NCBI GenBank assembly: GCA_002269645.1
Contig: NIVC01002911.1
Coordinates: 1 to 64,000 of the forward strand
DNA from: Macrostomum lignano
Lineage: Eukaryota
Reading direction: 5' to 3'
DNA: 64,000 bases
A program made the position numbers and the translations under genes. Numbering within the stretch: position 1 is the first letter of the stretch; every line of letters starts with the position of its first letter. The notes under the pieces are model-generated. The model was not told where the DNA came from. It did no database searches and saw only the letters and a program-made list of their open reading frames with translations. Positions 1 through 12,203 of this stretch are shown piece by piece.

Positions 1-147
1 CTCAGTTGGTCTCGTGTAGTCACTTCTGATTGTTGTTCGTAGGTCGGGTCCGATTCTTCTTTTCTTCTTAGAAATAGTTCCGGCCGGATTCTGTCCCTCG
101 GACCAATAGGAAGCTTCCAAATTAACAATGGGATCCCTGCGCCAAAC

Positions 148-534
148 TGCGGTTTGAATTAAGCCTCCTCCTTCTAGCAGTGCCTCGATACACTCTGGGT
201 ATGGCTCCGGAAACCACTGATAGTCTTCTAAGATCTATCAGGGGCAGTCCTTCTGGAGACTGCAACCAGTGGAGTCTAAACAGACTCAAGAGTCTCAACA
301 GACTCAATAAACTCAAGTCACACTAGACTTGAGCGAGACGTCTCTAACACAACGGGCGCAAATAAGGAAGGCTTACCGCAAGAACTCGACCGAGTCTCGA
401 TTGACTTGGTGATCAGGAAGTCCTCCTAAGGCTTCCTCTTCGGAGCTTCTCCTCTCGTCGGGAGTTGGCTCCTGGTCCGCTTCGGACCACTTGTATTTAT
501 AGGCGCATTTTCGGTCCAAAATAGCATCATTACA
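148..534 (-). mobile_element. Possible LTR (U3-R-U5) of an LTR retrotransposon whose body runs off the window start
   Basis: Minus strand reads TGTAATG (534) ... CTATAAATA (TATA-like, ~494-502) ... a chain of hairpins ... CA (149-148), a 3-nt spacer, then TGGCGCAG (144-137), resembling the start of a tRNA primer-binding site. No partner LTR, poly(A) signal or ORF is visible in the window. Confidence 0.3.
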
Positions 535-3207
535 ATTCACGTTGTTGCGCTAAAAGGGGAAAATGGCTCATTGCGTCTTTTCTTGGTAACCTCTTTTTCT
601 GGTAGCGTGATTCAATCAAAAATCCAGTGCGCATGCGTGTACTTACTTACAGTAGCCTCCTACGATTAACTTCTTTTTCCTTTTTTACGGGGGTAGAACA
701 CTCTACATATGTTTATCCGATGGGAGTTGGTCCGGTGTTGATGAATGGGTGCACAGGTGCATCCTATCCCAAGACTAGCAAGTGCTACTCCAACAAGGTG
801 CCTGGCAAGGGCAATACAATCTGCTTGAACCTCCTGGACGCTGCCGCGTACATCGGCGTCGGCTTCGACGGAAGAGGATTCTACAAGATCGAGAGCCGTA
901 AAGCCAGTCTGATGCAGCGCTACTGCTCCAGCATGGCCACCTTCCTGGACAAGGACGTGCCTGACACCATGAACGTGTTTGGCATCTTCGAGACAACAGC
1001 TGAGACCAAGTCCTTCCAGTCTGCGGACGAGTACATGAGATACATCAGGGACAAAGCCGGTCTGTCAGAGCAGCGAAATTTTTCTTGAGCGAGGCCCGCC
1101 AGCACGGCACTTCTAAGGCGTCTGGGTTCAATCTCGGTGCGATAGGTGGAATCGTCGGTGGTGCTATTGGAGCCATAGCGGGTGGCCCTGCGGGAGCGGC
1201 CTTGGCGCGGTGGGTGGCTCACTTTCATCTGGATCAGGAGACAGCTCTGGCAGCTCGTCATCAACCACTAGCAGTCAATCAGCCTAAAAAAATTCACAGT
1301 ATTCCCAGGCTGCAAGAAAACAAGGTTCTACTGACGATTTCTTTGCCATTATGTATGTAAGTGTAATCATGTACAAAATTTCACTGGATGATATTAAGCC
1401 TAATAACATCAACTTCGCTGCGCTCAGAGACTACATGAGTCTTCCAGAGTCCTACTTTTCAGTGGGCGCTGCCAGCAAATTTCAAGACTTTCTGCTACCA
1501 GTACGCTGGGGCACGCATTTTATCCGGTCTGGAAAGTTCGGCGGTCAGCTAAAAATCACAAAGAGAGCAAAGACAAACAAGTTTGCGTCGTCGGAAGAGT
1601 TTGCTAGTCTGGCTGAGACGGAGTTCCAGTCAATGTTTTCTTCACTGCAGTCAAAATATTCTCAGAAAACCACTCGGACAGGCTTTTTGGGTCTTGGCGG
1701 AAAGAAACCGACTACAATAAAATTGAGCAGTGCAAAGTCAGAGAGCCAGCACAGGAGCACAAGAAATGAACGTAATCAAGAGTCTCACAGTTCTAGCGAC
1801 TCTGAGTTCACTCAGACCACCGTGGAGGCTCAGGGAGGAACTCCGGAGATCGCAGAAGCCCTCGTTGACTTTTACACTCCGGCATTCAAGGAGCTGTACC
1901 ACAGGTGGATCGCCTCCATCAATGACTATGTGAAGCCGTTCGAGTTCAAGCTGAAGCCCATCGATCAGCTGTTCGACATGAACATGGGCGACCTGTTTCC
2001 GGCTGGAAACCGCGACTTTGGCTGTATTGGAAGTGCGGGAAGCAAAGTGAATATTTTGACGGAGCCCAAAACTCGTCGTCGCTATACTACCTCGATGAGG
2101 AGACTTACTTTGCTAACAATAAGACAAAAAGTAAACTGGTTAAAATTTACTGCAAATACAAGAACCAAGAAGACTTTAAGAACGCTCTAAAGAGACGAAG
2201 ACTCTCACTGGAGAAAGCCGTAGCTGCGTACATGACGGAAGGTCCTTTCCCAACCTCCTCCCACGAGTTGAAAGCAGGGCAACCCGGTTGTGAGAGCTCT
2301 ACACTGGCCAAGATCGACGTGTTTAACTCAAATAACAACACACTGACGTTTCTGCAGCTTAAGAAAGCCCCGTTTTTAATTTCCTTTGATCTGCCCCAGG
2401 ATATTCCGAACTTGTTGAAATCGCAAGCCAAGTATGTGATGACGTATCTAAAAGACAGGTGGTTTGCGACCGAGCCAGGGCACCATCATGCACACTTGTA
2501 CGAAGGCTGTCAGCTCGAAGGCTTCAAGCCAGCTGAGACTAAGATCTGTATCTGGAGCATCATCCTCACATTTGAGGAGGAGACAGGCTTCTTCCATATC
2601 GATCCGCTGGACTTTATTGCATCAAAGCGCCGCAACCCAAACCTTCCAGACTGGATAGAGGGTACCACGGTTGCTAGGGCTTCTTGGATAGAAGGGCAAA
2701 AAGGCGCAAACTCCACTGCTGCGGCGTCAATTCCATGCAACGTTCGGTGGTTGAACTCTCATAGGCTGGACCCTGATAGGGAAGAAAACTGCCTTTACTT
2801 TACGGCTGCGACTGCTGGAGACATCTTTGTTATATTCGCGTCCATACCAAGAGACCACACAAATGGTACTACCTGCAGATCAATATGGATGGAGTGATAT
2901 TCTACAAAGCAATGAAGCCGCAAAAGAGAGACTATCAAAAGGGAATGGGGACACTTGGAGACAAGAACTTATACCAGTCCTACTTCTTGTGTGTGAACCA
3001 GGCTAATGGATCAGTTCTAATGCAGTTCGGTAAGGCGGGCTCGAACAGCGAGATCGGCACTGTCTACTCTGGGTACAAGTTCCGACCGGACAGCCAGTAC
3101 AGCCGCCTGTCTTTCTACACGTTCGGAGCGGGCTCGAAGTCTGTGTCGCTGATGGACATTCACCTCACCAAGGAGATGCCGCAGGTGGAGTGTTTGAACA
3201 ATAATTA

Positions 3208-4552
3208 CGAGGTGTATTCAAAAAGTTCTTTTCGGTGCCCTACAAAACTGAACACAAAACAACTGGAACTATGAAAACACTGTTAGATTGCTTAACATGA
3301 TTCGGTCACTCAACATATTCACCGCCAATGTCTTTGCACTTCTGCCAGCGATTTACCAGGCCTCTGATTCCGGAACTCACACCACTCGCGTCCGTTTGGC
3401 GAACAGCTTGATTGCATGCAGCCTCAATGTGCTCGACGCTGTCGAATCGAATGCCCGAAGGTGCTTCTTCACAGATGGAAATAAGAAGAAGTCGCACGGC
3501 GACAAATCAGGCGAATAGGCTGGATGTTGGAGCACTTCCCATCCCCATTTGCTCAGGAGTTCCACGACGTTGTGCTTGCGATGTGCTGGCGCATTGTCGT
3601 GCAGCAGGATCACGGCAGATTCCAGCAGATCAGGGCGCTTCTTTCGTATTGCTGGGCGCAGCTTCTCCTGCAGAATCCACTTGTAGTAGTCCCCATTGAC
3701 GGTGGTTCCTTGTGGGACTGCCCAGTTCAGCAGGATTCCTTGGGAATCAAAAAACATGACGTGCATGATCTTCATCGCGCCCTGCTTCCTGATGGCCTTC
3801 TGAGGTCTTGGAGAATGTGCTGGAAGCCATTCGGCAGACTGGGCCTTTGTCTCAGGATCCCAGCTGTAAACCCACGTCTCGTCTCCAGCTACAATTCTTG
3901 ATAGAAAATCCTCCCCTTCTCGATGGAACCGACGCAGGTGGCTGCTTGAAGCCACAGTTCGCTGCATCTTTTGCTCACCTGTCAGCAGGTGTGGCACCCA
4001 CTTGCAAAACTTTTTCTGCAGGTGAAGACGCTCCGTCAGAATGGTGTGGACGCTTCCTACTGACACACCAACGTCTTCTGCCAATTCTTCGCAAGTCCGT
4101 CGCCGATCATCATCCAGGAGCTCTTGCACTTTCTTCACAACAGTCTCGTTGGTTGCAGTCATCGGCCTTCCAGAGCGATCATTGTCCTCAACGCTCTCTC
4201 TTCCCTCAGCGAACAGCCGGTACCATTTTCGAACTGTCTGCTCAGTTGGTGCACATTTGCCAAGCACTTGCTGAAGCTCCCTAAACATATCCGGTGGCTT
4301 TTTTCCTTGCAGAAACTGAAACTTCATCAAGCTTCGAACGTCTTGCTTTGAAAATGATTCAGCCATGGCCAAGAAATTGAGTGGTAGCTGATAGAAATGT
4401 TCGCTGCTCTAACATAGTTGCAAACTGAGACTTAAAACCCTAGGAACGTTTAGGCCATAGACATAACTTGGTGAAATCGCTAAAATTCTGTTTACAAGGC
4501 TTTTTAAAAATAAATGCCAAAGGACCGAAAAGAACTTTTTGAATACACCTCG
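3208..4552 (-). mobile_element. Tc1/mariner DNA transposon (mariner, D,D34D), full length, 1345 bp
   Basis: Perfect 29-bp TIRs CGAGGTGTATTCAAAAAGTTCTTTTCGGT (3208-3236 and 4524-4552), with TA on both sides (3206-3207, 4553-4554). Confidence 0.96.
3306..4366 (-). pseudogene. Mariner transposase with one -1 frameshift near the C-terminus
   Basis: Motifs WVPHLL, IVAGDETW, LLHDNAPAH, HPAYSPDLSPCD. The C-terminus (GIRFDSVEHI...RWQKC...GGEYVE) continues in another frame; one missing G in CGGG at ~3457-3460 restores it. Confidence 0.9.
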
Positions 4553-5474
4553 TACAAGTTGGTTGATGGTCACTGCTTGCTGGATTGTCACAAAGAGTGC
4601 ATCGACTGCAATCTAGCAAAAGATGACACCAGCTGCTTCCAGTGTCGCAATGTGCGCGTTGAATTAAAGCATTCTATTGGTGGCAGGAGAGTCAGCAAAG
4701 TGCAGTGCTTACCAGAGTGTCCAGTTGGCTACCAACTGAGTGACAGCAAGGAAAAGCTGTGCGTGCCCTGCCAACCAGGAACTTTCAAGAACACAACGGG
4801 AAATCACCACTGCTTGTCATGCGCTCCTGGAACTTTTTCTGCATCACAAGCGACTGTGAATTGCATGCTCTGCAGTCCAGGAAATTTCGCTTCCAAGCCA
4901 GGATCGGTACAGTGCCAGCAGTGCCATGTTGGAACAGCAAGCAGGTTTAACGGATCTGCTTCGTGTGCGGCCTGCAGTGCCGGCTTGTTCGCAGCTCAGC
5001 GAGGTCAAACGGAGTGCACTCCATGTCCAGTCGGACAGTTCAATAAAGCAGAGAGACAGGCGCAGTGCCAGTTGTGCTCTGCGGGGTCCTTCGCCGACAA
5101 GCCAGGACAGAAATCTTGCACTGCTTGCCCTGCTGGAACGTCGAGTGAGGAGGGCTCAGTGAGCTGCGCCAATAACTGCAAGAGGGGCGAGTTCAGTCCA
5201 GCCGAGGGCATCCCGTGCGCCAAGTGCCCTGCAGGCTCGTTCACTCCTAGCTCGGGATCGGTAAATTGCACTTTGTGCTCAGCTGGCACTTTCTCCTTCA
5301 ACCCAGGTAGCAGCGAGTGCTCCAAATGTCCCGCTGGCACCTACGCCAGCGAATCCGGTTCCTCAAAATGCCATGACTGCGATTTGAACTTCGCCCTAAA
5401 ACGCCGAATTGGAATGGCGCACTGTGACCTATGCCCCGACTCTGGGTCTACCTTTGGCACGGAGAAATGTCACC
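4553..5474 (+). CDS. Cys-rich repeat segment of the MACPF gene (furin-like plus ~8-9 CxxCxxGtF repeats, ephrin-receptor-like/GCC2-GCC3 type)
   Basis: Repeated C-x2-C-x2-G-(T/S)-F units (CVPCQPGTF, CLSCAPGTF, CMLCSPGNF, CTPCPVGQF, CQLCSAGSF, CAKCPAGSF, CTLCSAGTF, CSKCPAGTY). Ends at the donor CACC|GTAAGT. Confidence 0.8.
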
Positions 5475-6929
5475 GTAAGTAGTTGCACTTCCAATACTCT
5501 ATTTACTACCTTTATATAGCTTTTATTTATTCTAAAATTTTTCAGGCAAGCTGCGCATGAGTTGCGAGGGATACCGGTACTATGATTTTTTATTAAAGGG
5601 ATGTAAAAAATCTATTGATAACGATTTGAAAACGTACGGTGTACTGACATATGGCGAAGGTATAAGTAGTAAAGGCGAAGGCGGTGGTTCGCTATTTTCT
5701 CGCTATTACTACAAGTACACACTCGACCAAATTGCGTCTGTGAAAGGACTTATCAGCTGGCAAGGCGACCCAGTTGATTCTACGTCACTGGAAATCATAC
5801 TAAAAGATTCTAATAAAAATCATATTAAAAATTGTAAAACTAAAGTCGATATTCTTAATCCGTACTCAGTGCACGTGAGTGCTCTGCTTTTGACGTAAAA
5901 TTCTTGGCGATTGCTATTTTCGGTGACACCTGGAAGTCGGCGGCGATCTATATCGCCGAGATTGCTCTGTATGCCGAGTAGTTCAACATTTGTCGTAAAA
6001 GCGGATATTATTCTGCAAATATAACAAACACAAGCTACTGGTTACCATTCGAAAAGTATAGTTCATTCCTTTGTTATTATTAACAGTACAGTTTTACAGT
6101 GAAGCTTTTTGTACTGTAAGAGCCGATATAGTTTAAGACTGCAAGGGTTTTCCTGTGTTTTGGAAACCGTGAAGACCAAGGCCTGTACTGAATACCTTAA
6201 TTGATTACTGCTAAAAGCACCATTGAACTGACGACTGCAAAATAGTTTTGATAAAGCTAGCGAATCGCATACGAATAATTAGTCCAAATGACAACAGCTG
6301 TGTAGTCTTTGAGTAGAAATTGAAATTGTTCTGGCAATGTAGAAAAAAATTCGGCAGAAAGCCCATATACTAAATTATATCGAAAAATGAAATTAAACTG
6401 CAGTAGCTAGGACAAGACCCAATAAAATGATATTAGTAAAACATTTCCTGGCATGGGACAAGAAGATTTAAAATTTGAGCTTAATTGCAGAGTTATCATC
6501 AATTAGTAATTAAACTATGCAAATTCCTTCTGGCTATACAATGAGCAGTTAGCTAATGTTTGAACTATTTTGTATGGTATCGCTCTTTGTTTGATCAATG
6601 ATCATTTAGCCAAATAAGGTTATTGGTGATCATTGTAGCGGTTGTATTGAAATTGACCAGTATACGGTTGACAAGTATTCTTAGTTGGCAAATGGGGTTG
6701 GCTATGTACATATTGTATGTGAAACTATTGTCACAATGCCGTTGACGGTAAATATGTTCTGGACATTATTGGTGGTCCAAATGGGTGTCAGTTCCTCTCT
6801 TATTGGGGGCAGGCAGGTGACATTATTTATAATGCGGTTAAACATTAAAATTCTGCAATGTATGGAGAATATATTCATGGTAGTGTTTGCAGAAGTTGCG
6901 TAATCGTTTGTAAAGAGAAGCGGAGATTT

Positions 6930-7330
6930 AGTTGCTTCAGGATCAAAGAGCAGGATCCATGTTTCCTCACCGGACATGATCATCAGTCAGCTTGCTAAAG
7001 TCATCCCACCCACCTTGCTTCTGAATGAGCTCGATGTTTTACTTCGCAATATACTCACTCGCTGTGCCTTGAGCTCCGGTGTGAGGAGGCTAGGGACCCA
7101 GTGGGCTGAAGTACATGTATAGTGGAGCGAATATGAGAGATCCAGATCAGCTAGTGATGACGATTTACTAGACTGTTGACTTGAAAATGTCTAATCGATT
7201 GTGCCGTATCTGTACTTCTAAACCATGGAGGCTCTCTGTCCTCGTATTTCTTCGATCGGTAGCCTTTTCTAGTGCTGCCACCAGTCCCTCAAGGTCTCAG
7301 TCTTCGGTGAGGTGATCGAGCGCCCTTCAG
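6930..7330 (-). mobile_element. Decayed mariner transposase fragment
   Basis: Minus strand reads WVPSLLTPELKAQRV (~7100) and IMSGEETWILLFDPEATK (~6980-6930), degenerate versions of WVPRLL and IVTGDETW..YDPETK. Stops are present and no TIRs were found. Confidence 0.55.
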
Positions 7331-8616
7331 AACGATCGAAACAAGTCGAGAAAACTCAGCACTTCGTGCAGATTTACGATTTAGACGGATGGTCAGTTAG
7401 TTCCTGCCGGGCTCAGTGGGTGGTTGGGAGGGCGATGTTAGCCCCAGGCAGACTCGGGAGTCTGCATGTGATTAGCTGAGCCTTCAGTTGAGACAATGCT
7501 AGATTGCAGATTCAGGCACTCGCGGGACAAAGAGAAATCGAGAGGAAAACAATTGAAAATCTTGGTGGAAATAATTGGTTCAGGGGGGTCCATACTTATA
7601 TGGTGGCAAGAATCGCATTGTAGCATTGCACGCAAGACCTCCATCGCACCAGAGCACGCAAGATTGCGTGACACAGCTAGTAGCTGTTTTTAGAAACTGA
7701 CGTCAACTTTTGCCTCGGAGAAGATTAGGGTCCCCAGACATGTGATTCTGCCATACGCATGGACCGAACATAATGTAAAGTAAAGGTGTTTACTGTACTT
7801 TGGACTGCGAGAAAGCAGAGCCTGTCACGTGACTGGCTCACATGACAAGGGAAATAGTAGCGAAACCACCAGTGACCACTGGACGTAGAGCGAACCAAGA
7901 GCAAGCCAAGAGCAAGGCCAAGAGCTTGTAAACCGATTTCTTTTGTTTCTTCTGGCGTTCGGCAAAGCTTGGAACTATAGCCAAACTAATTAAATTTAAA
8001 TCCGGCTGGCCGGATCTAGATCAGCATATGACTGCTTCAGAAATTGAGCTTGTTCTAAAAAACAAATACAATGCATTACAAAGGCATAATTTAAGCAAAA
8101 CAGCCCACAAAATTACGAGTAGTGGGCACTACAAGATATGCGATAGTGAAATTCACGATACCAAATGTATTACTTCTACTAATCCTCGCGTAGACTTCTG
8201 TAGGATCGAACCGCGGCACACAAATACATGTAGATCTATGCGGAAAGCTTTTCCCAGCGCGTTTTTGGCAGAAAAACTCCCAACAGGTGAATCTGAATAA
8301 CCCTACTGACCAAAGATTAATTGATGAAGCACAACGCGTTCGTAAAATTTTGCTGCGTGAAGGCAGGGAGGCAGAAATGTTCAGAAGTTATTAGCGATAT
8401 AGCAGAGCTATATGCTGTTCCACTACTGGCCGTTATCTTTAATGCGCACGAGAAAACGGCCTGCCACTCTACAGGTGTATAAGAGACAGGAAATCCTCGC
8501 AAAAATGCCAGCTAAAGAATCATGGAGTTCTATTGCCTATAATGATCAGGAGAGGGAAACCTTATAAGTCGAATATCATCGGTATGGATTCTGGATTTTA
8601 TGTCTATAGTATCCTG

Positions 8617-9514
8617 CAGAATCCAGATTTTATAGCTGAATCGAACTCCATGTCACTCTCTCAGAATCCAGGATAGCTAAATGGAACTCCATGTCACTCC
8701 CTCAGAATCCAACCCAGATTTGATAGCTAAATCGAACTCCATGTCACTCTCTCAGAATCCAGATTTGATAGCTAAATGGAACTCCATGTCACTCCCTCAG
8801 AATCCAGATTTGATAGCTAAATCCAACTCCATGTCACTCTCAGAATCCAGATTTGATAGCTAAATGGAACTCCATGTCACTCCCTCAGAATCCAGATTTG
8901 ATAGCTAAATCCAACTCCATGTCACTCTCAGAATCCAGATTTGATAGCTAAATGGAACTCCATGTCACTCCCTCAGAATCCAGATTTGATAGCTAAATAG
9001 AACTCCATGTCACTCTCAGAATCCAGATTTGATAGCTAAATGGAACTCCATGTCACTCTCTCAGAATCCAGATTTGATAGCTAAATGGAACTCCATGTCA
9101 CTCTCTCAGAATCCAGATTTGATAGCTAAATGGAACTCCATGTCACTCTCAGAATCCAGATTTGATAGCTAAATGGAACTCCATGTCACTCTCTCAGAAT
9201 CCAGATTTGATAGCTAAATGGAACTCCATGTCACTCTCAGAATCCAGATTTGATAGCTAAATGGAACTCCATGTCACTCTCTCAGAATCCAGATTTGATA
9301 GCTAAATGGAACTCCATGTCACTCTCTCAGAATCCAGATTTGATAGCTAAATGGAACTCCATGTCACTCTCTCAGAATCCAGATTTGATAGCTAAATGGA
9401 ACTCCATGTCACTCTCAGAATCCAGATTTGATAGCTAAATAGAACTCCATGTCACTCTCTCAGAATCCAGATTTGATAGCTAAATGGAACTCCATGTCAC
9501 TCTCAGAATCCAGA
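8617..9514. repeat. Minisatellite, 45/43-bp unit, ~20 copies
   Basis: Unit AGATTTGATAGCTAAATGGAACTCCATGTCACTCTCTCAGAATCC. Confidence 0.95.
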
Positions 9515-9936
9515 CCGGAATTGCAATATGCAATTCTTTAAACAGTTCAAGCTAGTCTCATGGATTTTAGCAGCAATCCAGATTTTACGTATCATCTGTA
9601 CTTCTTGCCGCGTCCAGATTATTGCAGATCTAATCATACATTGGGATGTGATAACTAAGGGAAAAGGGTTAATTTCGTGGCCCTCTCCCAGACCGCCAGC
9701 CAGCTATCTCTGAAGTTTATTTGTCCCACACTGCGGTGCGGGCGTTCCTGACCTTTTTGGTTTTCTCTAATCAAAAAATTATAGCGCCTGCCTTTTATAC
9801 ATGTAAGTAAACTTATACATGCGCATAGCCAATCAATCAAGTATGGAGCTAAATAAGGTTAGCGCTTTCGAGGCAAACAGAACTGATAGTTAAGCAACGT
9901 TTGTTTCGGTTAGTACCAATTCGCGCAACTGAACTT

Positions 9937-10135
9937 CAGTAATCCCTCATGAGCCCTTGGAATCTGAGCCATTTGTCATATCAGTAATTCCCCATGAGCC
10001 CTTGGCATCTGAGCCATTTGTCATATCAGTAATTCCCCATGAGCCCTTGGCATCTGAGCCATTTGTCATATCAGTAATTCCCCATGAGCCCTTGGCATCT
10101 GAGCCATATTACCTCTCAGTAAGTCCCCATGAGCC
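9937..10135. repeat. Minisatellite, 45-bp unit, ~4 copies
   Basis: Unit CAGTAATTCCCCATGAGCCCTTGGCATCTGAGCCATTTGTCATAT. Confidence 0.9.
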
Positions 10136-10929
10136 GTAGCATGAGAGTTATTTGACATCTCAGAAATTCCCTACGACACACTCTGCCCTCTGGAAGGGGG
10201 GTTGGCCCTCATTGGAGAAAGATGCAATCGCCTCGAGTGCAGGTGCGCTAAGAGTACTGCAAGCTACACCAGCCGCTGGCGATAGTCAAGCAGCAAACGA
10301 ATTCTTGACGGCAAACAAAGCTGTCCACCATGGCATTCGCGCCGAACAAAAAAACACGCAGCAGATGGCTGTCGCTGCAGCTTCGAGAACTCGAATTTGA
10401 AATGATTATTTAATAGCCAGGCGGTGGGGGCCACCCATTAATGGCTGGAGGACCAGACGGCTCCCCGGAGACTATCGCGGAGATCAAATTGAGCGTCTGC
10501 GGCTCTGGTCGAGGCCATCGCCCGAGAAATATTATAACTCGCATGAATAATTGATGCAAACACACCGATGCCTATGGATATAAAAGAAACGGATGTCTCC
10601 CGATCGGATTTAGTCTGCTAGAAAATATTAATTTGACGATCAATCAAATCCTTGGATGAAATCTATTTTTTGGGCAATTTTTTTAACATTCAGAGACTCC
10701 CAACAGTGATGAGGCCATTAAAAGAAGGACCCTTATAATCTAAGCTAATTCGCGATATGCAAGCGAAAGAAACACGGACTAATAAGGTCATTGCGAAATC
10801 GTCAATGCTAAACAAATTTCAATTGGTTGCTGCTGTGAAATTAAGAACCCTTTTGAATACGAATCCAGGACAACCAAAGCAACTTATATACAGGACGCGA
10901 CAATCACGTTTCATGAAAAAAGTTTTGGA

Positions 10930-11383
10930 GGCCACTTTTCGCCTAAAAGTACACTACGGATATAGGAAGTTTTCTTTTTTTCAACACAAAAATTGTTATT
11001 GCTTTCGATAGGAAGCAGACCCAATGTTCATCTTTTGATACATGTATGTTGTGCCTTTCTCATAGCTCTATTGATATATTTATAAAGCTTCTCGTTCAGA
11101 AAGTTAGAATTTCATGTTAATTTTTGATTCTACGTACATTTGCAGTACCCAAAAATCATAAAAATGCATGGCACAGCTCCAATCTTTGGTTTTATGAATC
11201 TCTTTTATCCTAATTTTCTGAACGAAAAGCTTTATGAATATCAATAGAGCTATAAGAATAAAGGCACAACATATAAAAAAAGATGGACATTGGGTCTGCC
11301 TCCTATCGAAAGAAATAACAATTTTTGTGCTGAAAAATGAAAACTTCCGATCTCCGTAGTGTATTTTTCAGCGAAAAGTGGCC
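10930..11383. mobile_element. Foldback/MITE with ~180-bp imperfect inverted arms
   Basis: GGCCACTTTTCGC...TACACTACGGA...CCCAATG...GTGCCTTT...AGCTCTATTGATAT...AAGCTT is mirrored in 11207-11383. The right end is followed by TTAA (Kolobok-like) but the left flank is TGGA, so the TSD is not confirmed. Confidence 0.75.
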
Positions 11384-12203
11384 TTAAAAACATTTCCAAA
11401 GATTTCGAGTGTTGCGTCCTTCTCGAACTTTCTGTTGCTCTGTTCTGCTATTTTGTCTGCCATTGTTAATACTTTTCTCTGCCGCCTCAGAAGGCATCCC
11501 ACACGATATCAAAGCCTCTGACAGATGCTATAGCCATGCATCAACGGTTAGGGATTCACAATCGAACGCGGATTCACAATGGCTCGGGTTTTACCTACAG
11601 ACAGGTACCCGCATCTGAAGTGCAAGTACTGGACAACCGAAATCGTACCAGTACAGGGGATATCGTATCACGGATACTGAATTAGTATACTTTGTAGTCA
11701 CAGACAGCATTTGAACTTGTCTTACAGTAACCATGATGTATCATCAAGGATCTGCAAATTTTTGTTTTAGTTTCGTCACCTCTGTCTTGCAAAAATGCAA
11801 CCAAGAATCACTATAAATACTGGTCAATTTGCAAAACACTTCTAATACATTATAGAATTTATCTGAAGGCCCAGGGTTACATAAAAACGCCTTAAGAAAC
11901 AGTTAAATCTGTCGAATCCGAAAGGTACACATTGTGAATTACTGCAAGAGCAAAAAGTTCGATAAGTGTGTCCCAATCGGTGCACGAACACTCGGCCATG
12001 GACAAAGAAAGGATTAAAGATTTTCCAGCAGGCGGCTCATAGGCTGAAACTAGCCAGGAACCAATCGTAGCTGAATGTTACACTCATTTGGTTCTCTTGG
12101 CTAAGGAATAAATATCTGGCTAGATAAGTCTTCATGCCAGCATTCTATCCAGGGAAGCTTGGCATCTCAACTGTTGCAATATCCTGCTCTACAAAGCCGC
12201 GCA

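Larger units (their letters stand above)
690..5981 (+). pseudogene. MACPF (perforin/complement-like) domain gene with Cys-rich GCC2/GCC3-type repeats; disrupted
   Basis: MACPF signature WGTHFIRSGKFGG at 1507-1545 and an N-terminal YIGVGFDG strand. ORFs 627-1088, 1085-1360, 1351-2190, 2232-2897, 2885-3207, 4553-5474 and 5546-5981 join into one protein after single-base corrections (~1083, ~1203, ~2085, ~2861, ~5872), one in-frame TAA (1285-1287) and removal of the mariner. GT-AG intron 5475-5545. The 5' end is unresolved. Confidence 0.8.

Noticed and set aside
563-690. Signal-peptide exon for the MACPF gene starting at ATG ~570
   Set aside because: It requires several ad hoc indels and has no clean donor site; the 5' end is left unresolved.
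8028-8500. Short ORFs at 8.0-8.5 kb, 10.15-10.4 kb and 40.5-41.1 kb as genes
   Set aside because: Short, stop-interrupted, no recognisable motifs or consistent splice structure.
12159-12203. TTG-initiated extension of the GPCR ORF
   Set aside because: Non-ATG start; an in-frame ATG at 12204 gives a normal N-terminus.
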